Position numbers and translations under genes: made by a program
Assembly: GCF_046119375.1 (NCBI RefSeq)
Contig: NW_027362770.1
Span: forward strand, 190,836,001-190,900,000
Length of the DNA stretch: 64,000 nucleotides
Direction: 5' to 3'
DNA from: Phyllobates terribilis
Lineage: Eukaryota
In this document: one piece after another, positions 48,747 through 62,054 of the stretch
Layout of the letters: each line of letters starts with the position of its first letter
Numbering within the stretch: position 1 is the stretch's first letter
Notes under the pieces: generated by a model
Told to the model about the DNA's origin: nothing
The model's input: only the letters and a program-made list of their open reading frames with translations
Databases searched by the model: none

Positions 48747-48769
48747 TATTACAATAAGTGCCATTATAC

Positions 48770-49300
48770 ACACAAGCTCTGTATATAGTGTCAATGTACA
48801 GGTAATACAGGGATCTCCAGTGACATTATACACAGGAGCTCTGTATATAGAGTAAAGTGTACAGGTAATAAAGTGATCATCAGTGACATTATACTCATTA
48901 GCTCTGTATATAGTGTCAATGTACAGGTAATACAGTGATCACTGGTGACATTTTACACAGAAGCTCTATAGACTGTATACTATATACAGTGTAAGTGTAC
49001 CTACTGTATCCTCACTTATCCCTTGTAGACTGTGAGGCCTCGTGGGCAGGGTCCTCTCTATTCCTGTACCAGTCGATGACATGCATTGTTCAAGATTATT
49101 GTACTTGCTTTTTATGTATACCCCTTTTTCACATGTAAAACACCATGGGATAAATGGCGCTAAAATAATAAATCATAGTATAGTGTACAGGTAATACAGT
49201 GATCACCAATGACAGTATACACAGGAGCTCTGTACATAGTATACAGTCTATAGTATAAGTGTACAGGTAACACATTGACTCACCAGTGACGTCTCTAGTT
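48770..49300. repeat. Degenerate ~60-bp tandem repeat interrupted by an L2-type tail (~49010-49160)
   Basis: GTACAGGTAATACAGTGATCACCAGTGACATTATACACAGGAGCTCTGTATATAG units; GGCAGGGTCCTCT...ATGGCGCTAAAATAATAAAT tail. Confidence 0.75.
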
Positions 49301-49589
49301 GAAGTCCTTCATCTTCATTTTTCTTCTTCATCCAGCGCAGACCGCCATCACTTATTCCAGACAGGACTCGTCTCTACAGAAAATAACACAGTTATCTAGA
49401 GCACCGCTTCCAGAGAAAATTCCCCACTCCCCCCCCAACTTCTACATTACGCAGCTGAGTACAGACATGCACCCACCATTAATATACAATAACTTATTAG
49501 GCAGCCCACCATTCCAAATATAAATTGAAATCCATGACAGTGCCCCCACTAACTGTAAATAGCCAATTTCCCTACCCAATAAATATATA

Positions 49590-51288
49590 CCTTATTTTTC
49601 GGACTATAAGACGCACCGGACCATAAGACGCACCTAGGTTTTGGAGGACCAAAATAAAAAAAAATTAAGCAAAAAATGTATTCATGATGCACTTTTAAGG
49701 GGGAGGGGGTCTTCTGCTGACACTGGTATAGGGGTAATATCCCCCAATTCTGACAATATCCCCTATCATGGTATATATGCCCCCCCCCCTTCCTTTTATA
49801 CGTGGTCCCCATCCCCATCCTGGTATGCCTGGCACCCCTCATCCCTGTCCTGGTATGCATGGCACCCCTAATCCTTATCCTGGTATAAATGGCACCCCTA
49901 ATCCCTATCATGGTATGCATGGCACCCCTAATCCCTATCCTGGAATGCATGGCACCCCTAATCCCTGTCCTGGTATGCATGGCACAGCAATCCCCATCCT
50001 GGTATGCATGGCACCCCACATCCCTATCCTGATATGCATGGCACCCCTCATCCCTATCCTGATATGCATGGCACCCCTCATCCCTATCCTGATATGCATG
50101 GCACCCACTCATCCCTGTCCTTGTATGCATGGCACCCCTTCATCCCTGTCCTGGTATGCATGGCACCCCCTCATCCCTGTCCTGGTATGCATGGCACCCC
50201 CTCATCCCTGTCCTGGTATGCATGGCACCCCTCATCCCTGTCCTGGTATGCATGGCACCCCCTCATCCCTGTCCTGGTATGCATGGCACCCCTCATCCCT
50301 GTCCTGGTATGCATGGCACCCCAATCCCCATACTAGTATGCATGGCACAGCAAACCCCAATCCTGGTATGCATGGCACCCCCTCATCCCTGTCCTGGTAT
50401 GCATGGCACCCCTAATCCCCAACCTGGTATGCATGGCACCCCTAATCCCCATCCTGGTATGCAATGCACCCCTAATCCCCATCCTGGTATGCATGGCACA
50501 CCTAATCCCTATCCTGGTATGTATGGCCCCATCAGAGTTATCATGTTATGTATGGCCCCCTCATCTTTATCTTGTTATGTATGGCCCCCTCATCCTTATC
50601 CTAGTATGCATGGTCCCCCTAATCCCCATCAGGCTGCACATAAAAAAAAATAAACACTCATACTCCCCTTTCTTCTCTCTCCTCCAGCGCTGCGTCCGGT
50701 CTGCCTGCACTGATCTATCCATGTGAGTCGCGCATGGCGTCACTGCCATGCGAGGCTCACATGGAGAGATCAGCTGCCGGAAGTCACTACTCCCCACGCC
50801 ACGACTGTGTGCGCAGGGAGCAGTGACTTCACTCTCCTTCATAGCCGGCACACAGTGTAGCCACGCTGCGACTCCTGCTGCTGTCGGGCTATCGCGTGTG
50901 CCCGCTTATTAAAGGGCATGAATATTCAACCCCTCCCCACGCCAATGGGCGTGGAGAGAGGTTGAATATTCATGCCCTTTAACAGCGGGCACAGGCGATT
51001 CCGGCAGCAGAAGGAGCCACAGCGCGGATACAGTGTGTGCTGCTATTAAGGAACATGAATATTCAGTGCTCCCCACACCCCATGGGCGTGGGGAGCAGTG
51101 AATATTCATTTTCTTTGGCAGCGGGGACAGTGTAGGCTGCAGCGGGTGGCTGGTGCCTCCTGTGTCTCGCTCCCCCCACACCCCACATATATATACACCC
51201 CCCCAACATTCAGACTATAAGATGCACCCCCCATTTTCCTCCAAAATTTTGGAGGAAAAAAGTGCGTCTTATAGTCCAAAAAATACGG
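49590..51288. mobile_element. Non-autonomous Tc1/mariner-superfamily (pogo/Tc2-like) element
   Basis: TA on both sides; 27-bp TIR CC(T/G)TATTTTT(C/T)GGACTATAAGACGCAC; internal minisatellite and palindrome. Confidence 0.85.
49800..50610. repeat. 26-28 bp minisatellite
   Basis: CCCCTCATCCCTGTCCTGGTATGCATGGCA units. Confidence 0.95.
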
Positions 51289-51299
51289 TAAATTAATTA

Positions 51300-52170
51300 G
51301 CACCTGTACTCTTTCCCTCAATTCATTACCAGTCACACTCCTGCATCCTTAACGCCCCCACCCTGTACCTCTCCCTCCCTCGATTCATTATATTTACATG
51401 CGCCCCCTCTTCCCCAATTCATTATATTTACATGCCCCTCTCTGCCCCAATTCATTATGTCATGTCCTCTCTCTCCCACTCCCACCCTTTACTCATTATC
51501 AACTGCTCTCCCTCACCCTCAATTCATCATCATTTGTTCTCCCCGACCCTCAATACAGCATCATTTGCTCTCCCCCACACTCAATGTATAATTTACTCTC
51601 CCATTTGCCAGTCTGAATACATAATCATAATCCCTCCACCCTCAATTCATCGTTATTTGGTCTCCCCCACCATCAATTTATCATTCATTGCTGCCCCCAC
51701 TCCCAATTCATCATCATTTTCTGTCCCCCACCCTCAATTCATCAGTTGCTCTCACTCGCCCTCAATACAGCATCATTAGCTCTCCCCAACCTTCAATACA
51801 GCATCATTTGCTCTCTCCAGTCTCAATACATCATGATTTACTCTCCCCACCCTCAGTTCATTACCATTTGCTGTCCCCCATCCCCAAGTGTCAATTCATC
51901 ATCATTTTCCATCCCATATCCCCCACCCTCAATTCATCATTTGCTGTTCCCAGTCCCCCACCCTCAATTCATCATTTGCTGTTCCCAGTCCCCCACCCTC
52001 AATTCATCATTTGCTGTCCCCCACCCTCAATTCATCATTATTTGCGCTCCTCCGCCTCAACACATCATCTTTCACTGTCCCCTGTCCGCCACCCTCAATC
52101 CATCATTATTTGCTGTCCCTCGTCCCACACCCTCAATTCATCATCATTTGCTCCTCCTCAAGCCCATGTA
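51300..52170. repeat. Degenerate C-rich minisatellite
   Basis: CCCACCCTCAATTCATCATTTGCTG-like units, ~25-30 bp. Confidence 0.85.
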
Positions 52171-53191
52171 ATTAATTTCATTAAAAAAAAAGAAAATTAA
52201 AGTATTTCATACTTAACTCTGATACAATCCCCTGCAGGTGCAGCTTCACTTCTGGTACCCTCCTGGCGAGTGTACATGCCAGCGCATACGTGTTGACGTC
52301 ATTGCGTACGCGCCGTCACCAGCGCATCACAGAAGCGGAGGAGGGATTACCTTGGAGCTTCACGGCTGTTCCGTGGAGCTCCAGGAGGGTTCGCTGCGCC
52401 AAGTGTGCGCTGGCGATGCACACTGCACTTTTATGTCCTGGGGCCCAGTGAGCACAAGCATAAGAGGGGGCACCCGGACTGTGTCCGGCCTCTCCTCTTT
52501 ACTTCTGATCACTGGGCCACATACAACAGTAAGGGCAGTAATGCCCTGATGGCAGCCCTGGCTATGAATAATACAGAGAGATGGACAGCACTAAGCATTG
52601 GAATATAGAGATCAAAGGTGCTGACATACGGACGTTACTTTCTCTAGGGCTAATAGTCAAAACCGAAATAATGTAAGCAAACAAAAGACAAACTGATATG
52701 TATAATAATATCATGCAAGGCATGTGCCTAAGTGGCAATTACATGATTTTGCAGGAAATAATAAATAAAAAAGCTCCACCAAAACATGCAACAATCAGGA
52801 CAGCAACAAAGTTTAATCAGAAGCCTGTGCTGCAGAAGAAAGTAACTCTAGATAATGGAATAATGTAATGCAATTGCAGGCAAACACCGGGGACAACAGA
52901 TTGAGATGCTGCATAAGTCCTCTGAAAAGAAGAAATTGAGAAATGTTCTGCAGAAGCTGATCATTGTAATGAGGACTAAGGAAGGAGTCCAAAGTCTGAG
53001 TACAGGAGAAGTCAAGACGGTCACTGCTGCATCCTGAAAGTTGGATGTGTTGGGAAGGTTGGCAACAGCATGTCAGGACTGTTCTGTAGGAATATCTAAA
53101 AGCTCTAACAAAATACATTAGTAGCAGATGTAATACATAGGGCATATCGATTCCATTATTGCAGACTTGGAGGCATAGGTTAGGTTATGTA

Positions 53192-54572
53192 CAGTGGGTA
53201 CGGAAAGTATTCAGACCCCTTTAAATTTTTCACTCTTTGCTTCATGGCAGCCATTTGGTAAATTGTAAAAAGTTATTTTTTTTTTCTCATTAATGTACAC
53301 TCTGCACCTCATCTTGACTGAAAAAACTGAAATGTTGAAATTTTTGCAAATTATTTAAAAAAGGAAGACTGAAATATCACATGGTCATAAGTATTCAGAC
53401 CCTTTGCTCAGTATTGAGTAGAAGCCCCTTTTGAGATAGTACAGCCACGAGTCTTCATGGGAATGATGCAACAAGTTTTTCACACCTGGATTTGGGGATC
53501 CTCTGCCATTTTTCCTTGCAGATCCTCTCCAGTTCCGTCAGGTTGGATGGTGAACGTGGTGGACAGCCATTTTCAGGTCTCTCCAGATATGTTTAACTGG
53601 GTTTAGGTCCGAGCTCTGGCAGAGACAGTCAAGAATAGTCACAGAGTTGTTCTGAAGCCACTCCTTTTTGTTATTTTAGCTGTGTGCTTAGGGTCATTGT
53701 CTTGTGGAAAGGTGAACCTTCGGCCAAGTCTGAGGTCCAGAGCACTCTGGAAGAGGTTTTCATCCAGGATATCTCTGTACTTGGCCGCATTCATGTTTCC
53801 TTGAATTGCAACCAGTCGTCCTGTCCCTGCAACTGAAAAACACCCCCATAGCATGATGCTGCCACCACCATGTTTCACTGTTGGGATTGTAGTGGGCAGG
53901 TGATGAGCAGTGCCTGGTTTTCTCCACACATACCGCTAAGAATTATCACCAAAAAGTTCTATCTTCGTCTCATCAGACCAGAGAATCTTATTTCTCATAG
54001 TCTGTGAGTGCTTCATGTGTTTTTGAGCAAACTCTATGCAGGCTTTCATATGTCTTGCACTGAGGAGAGGCTTCCGTTGGGCCACTCTGCCATAAAGGCC
54101 CGACTGGTGGGGGGCTGCAGTGATAGTTGACTTTGTGGAACTTTCTCCCATCTCCGTACTGAATCTCTGGAGCTCAGCCACAGTGATCTTGGGGTTCTTC
54201 TTTACCTCTCTCACCAAGGCTCTTCTCCCACGGTTGCTCAGTTTGACTGGACGGCCAGGTCTAGGAAGACTTCAGTGGTCTCAAACTTCTTCCATTTAAG
54301 GATTATGGAGGCCACTGTGCTCTTAGGAACCTTGAGTAATGCAGAAATTCTTTTGTAACCTTGGCCAGATCTGTGCCTTGCCACAATTCTGTCTCTGAGC
54401 TCCTTGGGCAGTTCCTTTGAGCTCATGATTCTCATTTGGTCTGACATGCACTGTGAGCTTTGAGGTCTTATATAGACAGGTGTGTGCCTTTCCAAATCAA
54501 GTCCTATCAGTTTAATTAAACACAGCAGTACTCCAATGAAGGAGTAGAACCATCTCAAGGAGGATCACAAGG
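53192..54572 (-). mobile_element. Tc1 transposon (degenerate transposase, 3' TIR present, 5' TIR missing)
   Basis: TA-CAGTGGGTACGGAAAGTATTCAGACCCC; [49 protein letters not shown]. Confidence 0.92.
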
Positions 54573-55256
54573 AAATGGACAGATGGTGCGATCTGACACT
54601 GATGTTCCTTGAGCTTGAAGTTCACCTTTAATCTCTTTAGAAGTTATCCTGGGCTCTTTTGTTACGATTCGTATTATCCGTCTCTTTGATTTGTCATCAA
54701 TTTTCCTCCTGCGCCCACGTCCAGGGAGGTTGACCACAGTCCCATGGATCTTACATTTCTGAATAATATGCGCAACTGTAGTCACAGGAACATCAAACTG
54801 CTTGGAGATGGTCTTATAACCTTTACCTTTAACATGCTTGCCTAGAATTTTCTTTCTAATCTCCTGAGACAACTCTTTCCTTTTCTTCCTCTGGTCCATG
54901 TTGAGTGTGGTACACACCATGTCACCAAACAGCACAGTGAGTATCTGTAGCCTTATAGACAGGCCCACTGACTGATTACAAGATTGTAGACACCTGTGAT
55001 GCTAATTAGTGGACACAACTTGATTTAACATGTCCCTTTTGTCACATTATTTTCAGGGGTACCATCATTTCTGCCCAGGCCTATTTCATGAGTTTAATTT
55101 TTTTTAAATTCTGTGGAAGCCGGGTTGAAAAGCAATGACTGACTTTTCATAGATTTTTAATTTGTTATTACTTTTGTCAGATTCAAGTTATTTCTATGAC
55201 CATTGTGAGTTTTTCTTTCATTAAATGAGGGGTACCAACAATTTTGACCACGTGTG
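54573..55256 (-). mobile_element. 5' portion of a second, different Tc1 family
   Basis: Terminus CACACGTGGTCAAAATTGTTGGTACCCC next to TA (55257-55258); MDQRKKRKELSQEIRKK...GRGRRRK. Confidence 0.9.
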
Positions 55257-56029
55257 TATGTCTCGTTCACACAGACTTCTCACAGTTGCACCAGTAACAT
55301 GGGGCCTGGTTTTGTCGTGTTAAATGATGGCTCCTGGGACACTTTGGAGAAATGACCCTAATAGTGTTGAGCGAACATGCTCGACACTGCTCGGTACTCG
55401 CCCGAGCATCATGCTACTCGGGATGTTCGGCGAGCACCGAGCACTTCCGGGTTACTCGGGCGGGAGCTCGGGTCTCCGCCCTGCATGTTTGGCGCTCTTT
55501 ACAGAGCCAATGAACATGCAGGGATTGCCAGCCAGTCACTGTAATGCTGCAGCCATGTTGGTTGTGGGCATTACAGTGATTGGCTGGCCGCACAGCGTCA
55601 CCTCGAGTATTTAAAACGGGGCGCCGCCATCTTGGACACAGTCGCTCCGGATTAGACAGTGTAGGGACAGCGCTGCTGATTTAGGGAGAGATATAAACTG
55701 CGAAATAGTTAGTGTAGGGTCTGTAAAGGCTGCCAGAACAAACAAACAGTCTTTTTCAGGACTAATATCCATCCCAGATACCAGGCAGGCAGGCTGTATA
55801 GGAGACACAGTGGTTATACCAGCAAACGCTGCATTACAGTCCTGTGTGCTCCTGTTGCTGAAATTGCTGGACTTAGCACCAGGTGTCGGGGGCCAGGAAA
55901 AATCCTTTTTTTTTCATCTAAATCCTCCTTTTTTTTTCCTCCTTCACACTGTACAAATACCCGTCTTATTAACCTTTTGGTGTGTCCCCCCCCCAAAAAA
56001 AAAGCGTGTCTCTGATTTTTCAGACACAA

Positions 56030-57130
56030 ATATAACTGTTGAAAATAGTCTGGTGTAGGCTAGAGAAACAGAAGTGTTGTTTTGCATTTCCACGGTTCAA
56101 ACCTCTGTATTATCCATTTTGGGCCATTTGTATCAAAAAAAAAAAAAACAGTTTGAGTGTGTCGCTCACTGTTCAGCCGCAAATATCTCTATTTAAAAAA
56201 GTGTGGTATACCCCAGTAAACAATAACTGTGGTTTTGCTATCCCACGGTAAAAAATCTCTATTATTCAGCTTTTGGTAGTTTTTTCCGTAAAGAAAAACA
56301 GTAGTGTCTCCTGACTGTTGTGACACAAAAATATATCTGTTGAAAATAGTCTTGTGTAGGCCCGACATCCCAGTGTGGTTTCGCAGTTCCACGGGTCAAA
56401 TCGCTGTACTATCCAGTTTTGGGCCTTTGGTATCTAAAAAAAAGCAGTTTGAGTGTGTCGCTCACTGTTCAGCCGCAAATATCTCTATTTAAAAAAGTGT
56501 AGTATACCCCAGTAAACAATAACTATGGTTTTGCCATCCCACGGTAAAAAATCTCTATTATTCAGCTTTTGGTAGTTTTTTCCGTAAAGAAAAACAGTAG
56601 TGTCTCCTGACTGTTGTGACACAAAAATATATCTGTTGAAAATAGTCTTGTGTAGGCCCGACATCCCAGTGTGGTTTCGCAGTTCCACGGGTCAAATCGC
56701 TGTACTATCCAGTTTTGGGCCTTTGGTATCTAAAAGAAAAGCAGTTTGAGTGTGTCGCTCACTGTTCAGCCGCAAATATCTCTATTTAAAAAAGTGTGGT
56801 ATACCCCAGTAAACAATAACTGTGGTTTTGCCATCCCACGGTAAAAAATCTCTATTATTCAGTTTTGGTAGTTTTTTCCGTAAAGAAAAACAGTAGTGTC
56901 TCCTGACTGTTGTGACGCAAAAATATATCTGTTGAAAATAGTCTTGTGTAGGCCCGACATCCCAGTGTGGTTTCGCAGTTCCACTGGTCAAATCGCTGTA
57001 CTATCCAGTTTTGGGCCTTTGGTATCTAAAAAAAAAGCAGTTTGAGTGTGTCGCTCACTGTTCAGCCGCAAATATCTCTATTTAAAAAAGTGTGGTATAC
57101 CCCAGTAAACAATAACTGTGGTTTTCCTCT
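56030..57130. repeat. ~296-bp tandem repeat (about 4 units) upstream of the transposase in hAT copy 2
   Basis: TGAAAATAGTC at 56040, 56341, 56637, 56933. Confidence 0.93.
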
Positions 57131-57206
57131 TCCACGGTTCTAATCTACTCTTTATTACCCTTTTTCCATTGATAGTGCAAGTGTAAGCTATTTTACTTCA
57201 TTTACA

Positions 57207-60200
57207 AAGGGCAAGGCGCATGGCAAGGGACGTGGAAGTGGACGTTCTGGTGAAGGTTCGTGCAGAGAACGGGGCCGTGGCCAAGGTGAAAATGTGCCAC
57301 AACCAACAGCCACATCTTCTCGCTCCCACTTCTTGACCGAATTACTAGGGAAGCACAGAACAACACCAGTTTTGAGAACTGATCAGTGTGAACTGGTTAT
57401 TAGTTGGATAGCAGATAATACTTCCAGTTACCTGGGCACCACCACTTCCGGTCTGTCTTCCACACGGTCAACTCTTAGTAGCCGTGAGTCTCGACTGCAT
57501 ACTCCTCCTCACCCTGATGCTCCTTCCTCCCAACATGCCGAGTGTCGTCAGACAGCAAGTGATCCCACACTTGGACACTCTGAAGAGCTGTTCACTGGTC
57601 CATTTCCATATTTGGGCCCCTCGCCTGATACGCTTCAAGTGGTGGAAGAGGAGATCCCATGTTGCGATGCTCAAATATTTGAACAGCCACGGCCACAGGA
57701 AGTCGACGTTGGCAATCTGTCACAAGAGGTGGACGATGACGAGACACAATTGCCAGGAAGTGAGGAGGAGGATCGTGGTGCGCAAGTGGAAGAGGAGGAG
57801 GTGGTGGATGATCTAGTAATTGACCCAACGTGGAAGGAGGACATGCTGAGTTAGGCCAGCAGCACACAGGAGGAGGGAGGCAGAGTACCCCAACAGGCAG
57901 GAAGAAGCAATGTGGTGGCCGCAGACAGAAGGCAGGCAACCGTTCCCCGTAACACCAACACGAGGGACTCTGCTGATAACCCCAAAAAGGCCATATGTTC
58001 CCCCTGCCATGCCAGCATCAGCAGGGGTGACAAAACTACCAGCCTGACCACCACCAGCATGATCAGGCACATGGCAGCAAAGCATCCGACTTTGAGGGGC
58101 GAAACCCAGGGTCCACGACCAGTGTCAGCGGGTGTCACCACTGCTTCTTCCACTGTTGTGCGTGTAATAGAACCCCCTGTTGTGTGTGCAAGGCAATCCC
58201 CTGTCCATACTGCATGTAAAGATGCCCCCTCCTCTCAGTCTTCACTTGTTATGGCAGTTTCTCAAGAAACAGCATCAACGTCCACGTCCCACCGCAGCGT
58301 TCAATTGTCCATATCCCAGACCTCTGAATGAAAGCGGAAATTCGCAGCTAACGCCCCACAGGCCACAGTCCTAAATTCGCACATTTCACGACTGCTTGCG
58401 TTGGAAATGCTGCCTTTTAGGCTGGTGGAGACGGAATCCTTCCGCAATCTTATGGCGGTGGCCGTCCCTCGGTACTCGGTCCCCAGCCGACACTATTTTG
58501 CCCGGTGTGCCATCCCCGCACTACACAAGCACGTGTCCCAAAGCATCTGTCGTGCCCTCAACAACGCAGTTACTGGGAGTATCCACCTGACAACGGACAC
58601 GTGGACAAGTGCTTGTGGCCAGGGACTGTACATCTCTCTGACGGCACACTGGGTAAACATAGTGGAAGCCGGGACCCAGTCGGACCTTGGGACGGAACAC
58701 ATCCTCCCCACACCGAGGATTGCGGGCCCTATGTCAGTCAGAGTTGCCCCCACAGTGTACAGCTCCTGTGCATCATCCTCCTCCTCCTCCTCCTCATGTT
58801 CAGCCTCCATCTCAGATATCACCACATCAGTTACAAGCTGGAAGCATTGCAGTACTGCCTCCGCCAAGCGGCAACAGGCTGTGCTGAAACTCATAAGCTT
58901 AGGTGATAAACCTCACACTGTTTGTGAGTTGTGGACAGCTGTGAAAGAGCAGGCAGATCTGTGGCTGAGACCGCTGAACCTACATCCCGGCATGGTCGTG
59001 TGTGACAATGGCCGTAACCTGGTGGCAGCTCTGAGGCGAGGTGAGATCACACACGTACCATGCCTGGCTCATGTGCTTAACCTCGTGGTTCAGCGGTTTC
59101 TTAAATCGTACCCCGAGTTGCCAGATCTGCTCGTGAAAGTACGCCGCCTGTCAGCTCATTTTCGCAAGTCGGCTACAGCTTCCGCCGCCCTTGCTGTGTT
59201 GCAGCAGCGTTTGCAGCTTCTGGCACACCGACTGGTGTGTGATGTCCCCACACGTTGGAACTCTACCCTCCACATGTTGCAAAGGATTTGTGAGCAGAAG
59301 AGGGCAGTTGTGGAGTACCAGCTGCAACAACGCCGTCGATATTCAGGTCAGACTCCACACATAAGACCTCAGGAGTGGACTTGGATGTATGACATATGTA
59401 CCATCCTGACAAACTTTGAGGAGGCCACCAAGATGGTGAGTGGCGATGACGCCATCATTAGTGTCAGCATCCAACTTGTCTGTCTTTTGCAACGCTCTCT
59501 GCAGAGAATTAAAGAGGAGGCATTGCAGCCAGAGTATGATGAGATGGATCAAGAAGCCGTAGCGGGCGATTACACACAGCCCAGCCTCATCTCATCCCAA
59601 CGTGCATTGGGGGACAATGAGGGAGAGGAGGAGGAGGAGGAGGAAGAACAGGAGCTGCTATCATGCGTTGTAGACGGTAGTACCTGTGCAAGTGTCATAC
59701 CGTCGGTTCAGCGTGGGTGGCCTGGGGGGAGGAGGAAGAGGAGGAGGAGAGCATGGTCAGTCGTCTTCTTGGTGAGGACACGGAAATCTTGCCCGTTACC
59801 AGTCTGGCACGCATGGCTGACTTTGTTACGCTGCCTTAACCATGACCCTCGCGTTGTCAAAATGTTGGGTGACAGTCATTACTGTTTGGTGACACTTGTA
59901 GACCCCCGCTACAAGGAGAACTTTCACTCTCTTATTCCTGAGGTGGAGAGGTCTACAAAAATGGGGCAGTACCAGAAGGCCCTTGCTGCAGAACTCTTAA
60001 AAAAATTCCCATCTGAACACGCTAGCGGCAGAGGTCACAGTTCGTTGCCCAACCAAGGCGTACAGGCGAGATAGATGCAACTCCCATCCAGCAGAGGCAG
60101 GGGAACACTGTCAACGTTCTGGGACAGTTTTCTGACACCCACCCAGCTTACAGGCCCTGAGGCGCGGGGTACTCTCACACGGAGTGGAAAGTTTCAAAAG

Positions 60201-60503
60201 ATCGTGAGGTAGTACCTTGCCGACTGTACCAGCGTCCTCCGTGATTCCTCTGTGCCTTTTAATTATTGGGTATCCAAGCTGGACACTTGGAATGAACTCG
60301 CTCTGTATGCCTTGGAGGTCCTGGCCTGCCCTGCCGCTAGCGTGTTATCGGAGCGTGTTTTTAGTGCCGCTGGGGGAATTATAACTGATAAGCGCACTCG
60401 CCTGTCAACTGACAATGCTGACAAGCAGACCCTTATCAAAATGAACAAGGGCTGGATTGGGCCAGACTTCTCATCACCACCAAATGACAGCAGAGTAACA
60501 TAA
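57207..60503 (+). pseudogene. hAT transposase copy 2, with lost ATG, stops, frameshift and partial BED deletion
   Basis: ATG changed to AAG at 57207; ORF pieces 57294-57854, 57912-58331, 58401-60074, 60252-60503 (ACPAASVLSERVFSAAG). Confidence 0.92.
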
Positions 60504-60648
60504 AGTCAAATCCACTGTGTTATTTTGGGAGGTGTATTCACATGCACCGCTTCACACCCACACATGGGTATACGCTTCCTCGTTTCGGCTGTTTTATCTT
60601 CTTCTCTTTATCCTCAGCCTCCACCACCACTATACCACCAGGGTGCCA

Positions 60649-61034
60649 GCATTGCAAGTTCCTCCGTCCTTATTTTTGGCAGCTTTTGCTTGCCAGGCAT
60701 AAGCAAATACTATGGGACACCCATTCCCCAATAATGGGACTTATGTTTGTAATATGCTGTGCTGCATGGCTCTTGTAAGGGGCATTGCAAGTTGCTCCGT
60801 CCTAATTTTTGGCAGCTTTTGCTTGGAAAGCATAAGCAAATACTATGGGACACCCACTCCCCAATAATGGGACTTATGTTTGTAATATGCTGTACTGCAT
60901 GGCTCTTGTAAGGGGCATTGCAAGTTGCTCCGTCCTAATTTTTGGCAGCTTTTGCTTGCAAGGCATAAGCAAATACTATGGGACACCCACTCCCCAATAA
61001 TGGGACTTATGTTTGTAATATGCTGTACTGCATG
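60649..61034. repeat. 133-bp tandem repeat (3 units) in hAT copy 2
   Basis: GCATTGCAAGTT at 60649, 60782, 60915. Confidence 0.9.
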
Positions 61035-62054
61035 TGACGCGCCCCCTGGGCCGTGTGTACACGTGTGTGGGATACCCCGTGCCGGGTCTCTGGGGTCTGT
61101 AGTCTCCGTGGCGGTTTCCCGGTCCCGTGGCTCAGGCTGGTCAAACCAGTGGCAATCTTTCTTAGGTTTTGAGGTTAATTGTCCGACTGCGCCACCCGTG
61201 GATTGCGGTCAGGGAGTACCACCGCTGCGAGGCAGACCGCTGAGGCTGGTGTTGTGTGCGCAGCAGAGAATGGGATAACTCCCCACGGGAGGAGTATAAC
61301 CTCAGGGCAGTGAGTGTGGATGATGGGGGTGATGGTGCACGAGCGCAGCAGGAACGACTCAGAGTCTTTGCAGTGCAGTTCAGGGTCTTTACTGATGATT
61401 ATAAGGTAGACCCTCCCGCGAGTACTGGCTAGCATAAGAGGCCTGGTCAGTCTGTGAGCAAGCAGGAGTTCCCCTGGCCAGGTGGAGTTGTAGGCCTCCC
61501 CGTCTGTCTGCACTCTTCCTGGCTACCTTGCTGTAAGCGGGTAGAAGTAGCCCACGTCCCTGAGTGTACCGTGTAGTGCTCACCCGTATTGTTGGTGACT
61601 TGGGGCCTTCTGTTAGCCTCCGCTCCACGAAGGCGGTGCTGGTCCCTTGCTTGTGACTGAGCCTCCGGGCTTCTATGGCCAGAGGACCTGGAATCCCCTG
61701 CCGGCTGGTTTCTGCTGCTGGATATATAAGTCCTCACAGCCTCGGACTCCTGTGTCCGGTTCCTATTGTCTTCTGCCAGGGCGAGCTCTGCTCAGCTTCC
61801 AGCCCCTGGTCTTTAGCTCCTACCTCCTACAGAGCTCCTTGCTGTTACTTTCCCTTGCTCTCACTCTGACTCTGACTGTTCTCTGACTCACTCAACCCCG
61901 CCCCAGATCCAGTTTATAAGGGAAGAATTCTCCCCTCCCAGGACTGGGGCAGGAGGATGTTGCATGTTTAAGGGATCCTGACCAGGAAACCTCCCACTTG
62001 CTCTCCAACGTAATATCTCTATTACTGTGGTGACCAGACCCCTGGGGTGCCACA
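61035..62054 (-). mobile_element. Solo LTR related to the Gypsy element at 20926-27618
   Basis: Minus strand begins TGTGGCACCCCAGGG and ends GGGGCGCGTCA; 4-bp flanks CATG/CCTG; clearly more diverged than the two cognate LTRs are from each other. Confidence 0.9.

Noticed and set aside
49549-52200. His/Pro-rich ORFs up to 215 aa
   Set aside because: Translations of minisatellites inside MITE-like elements
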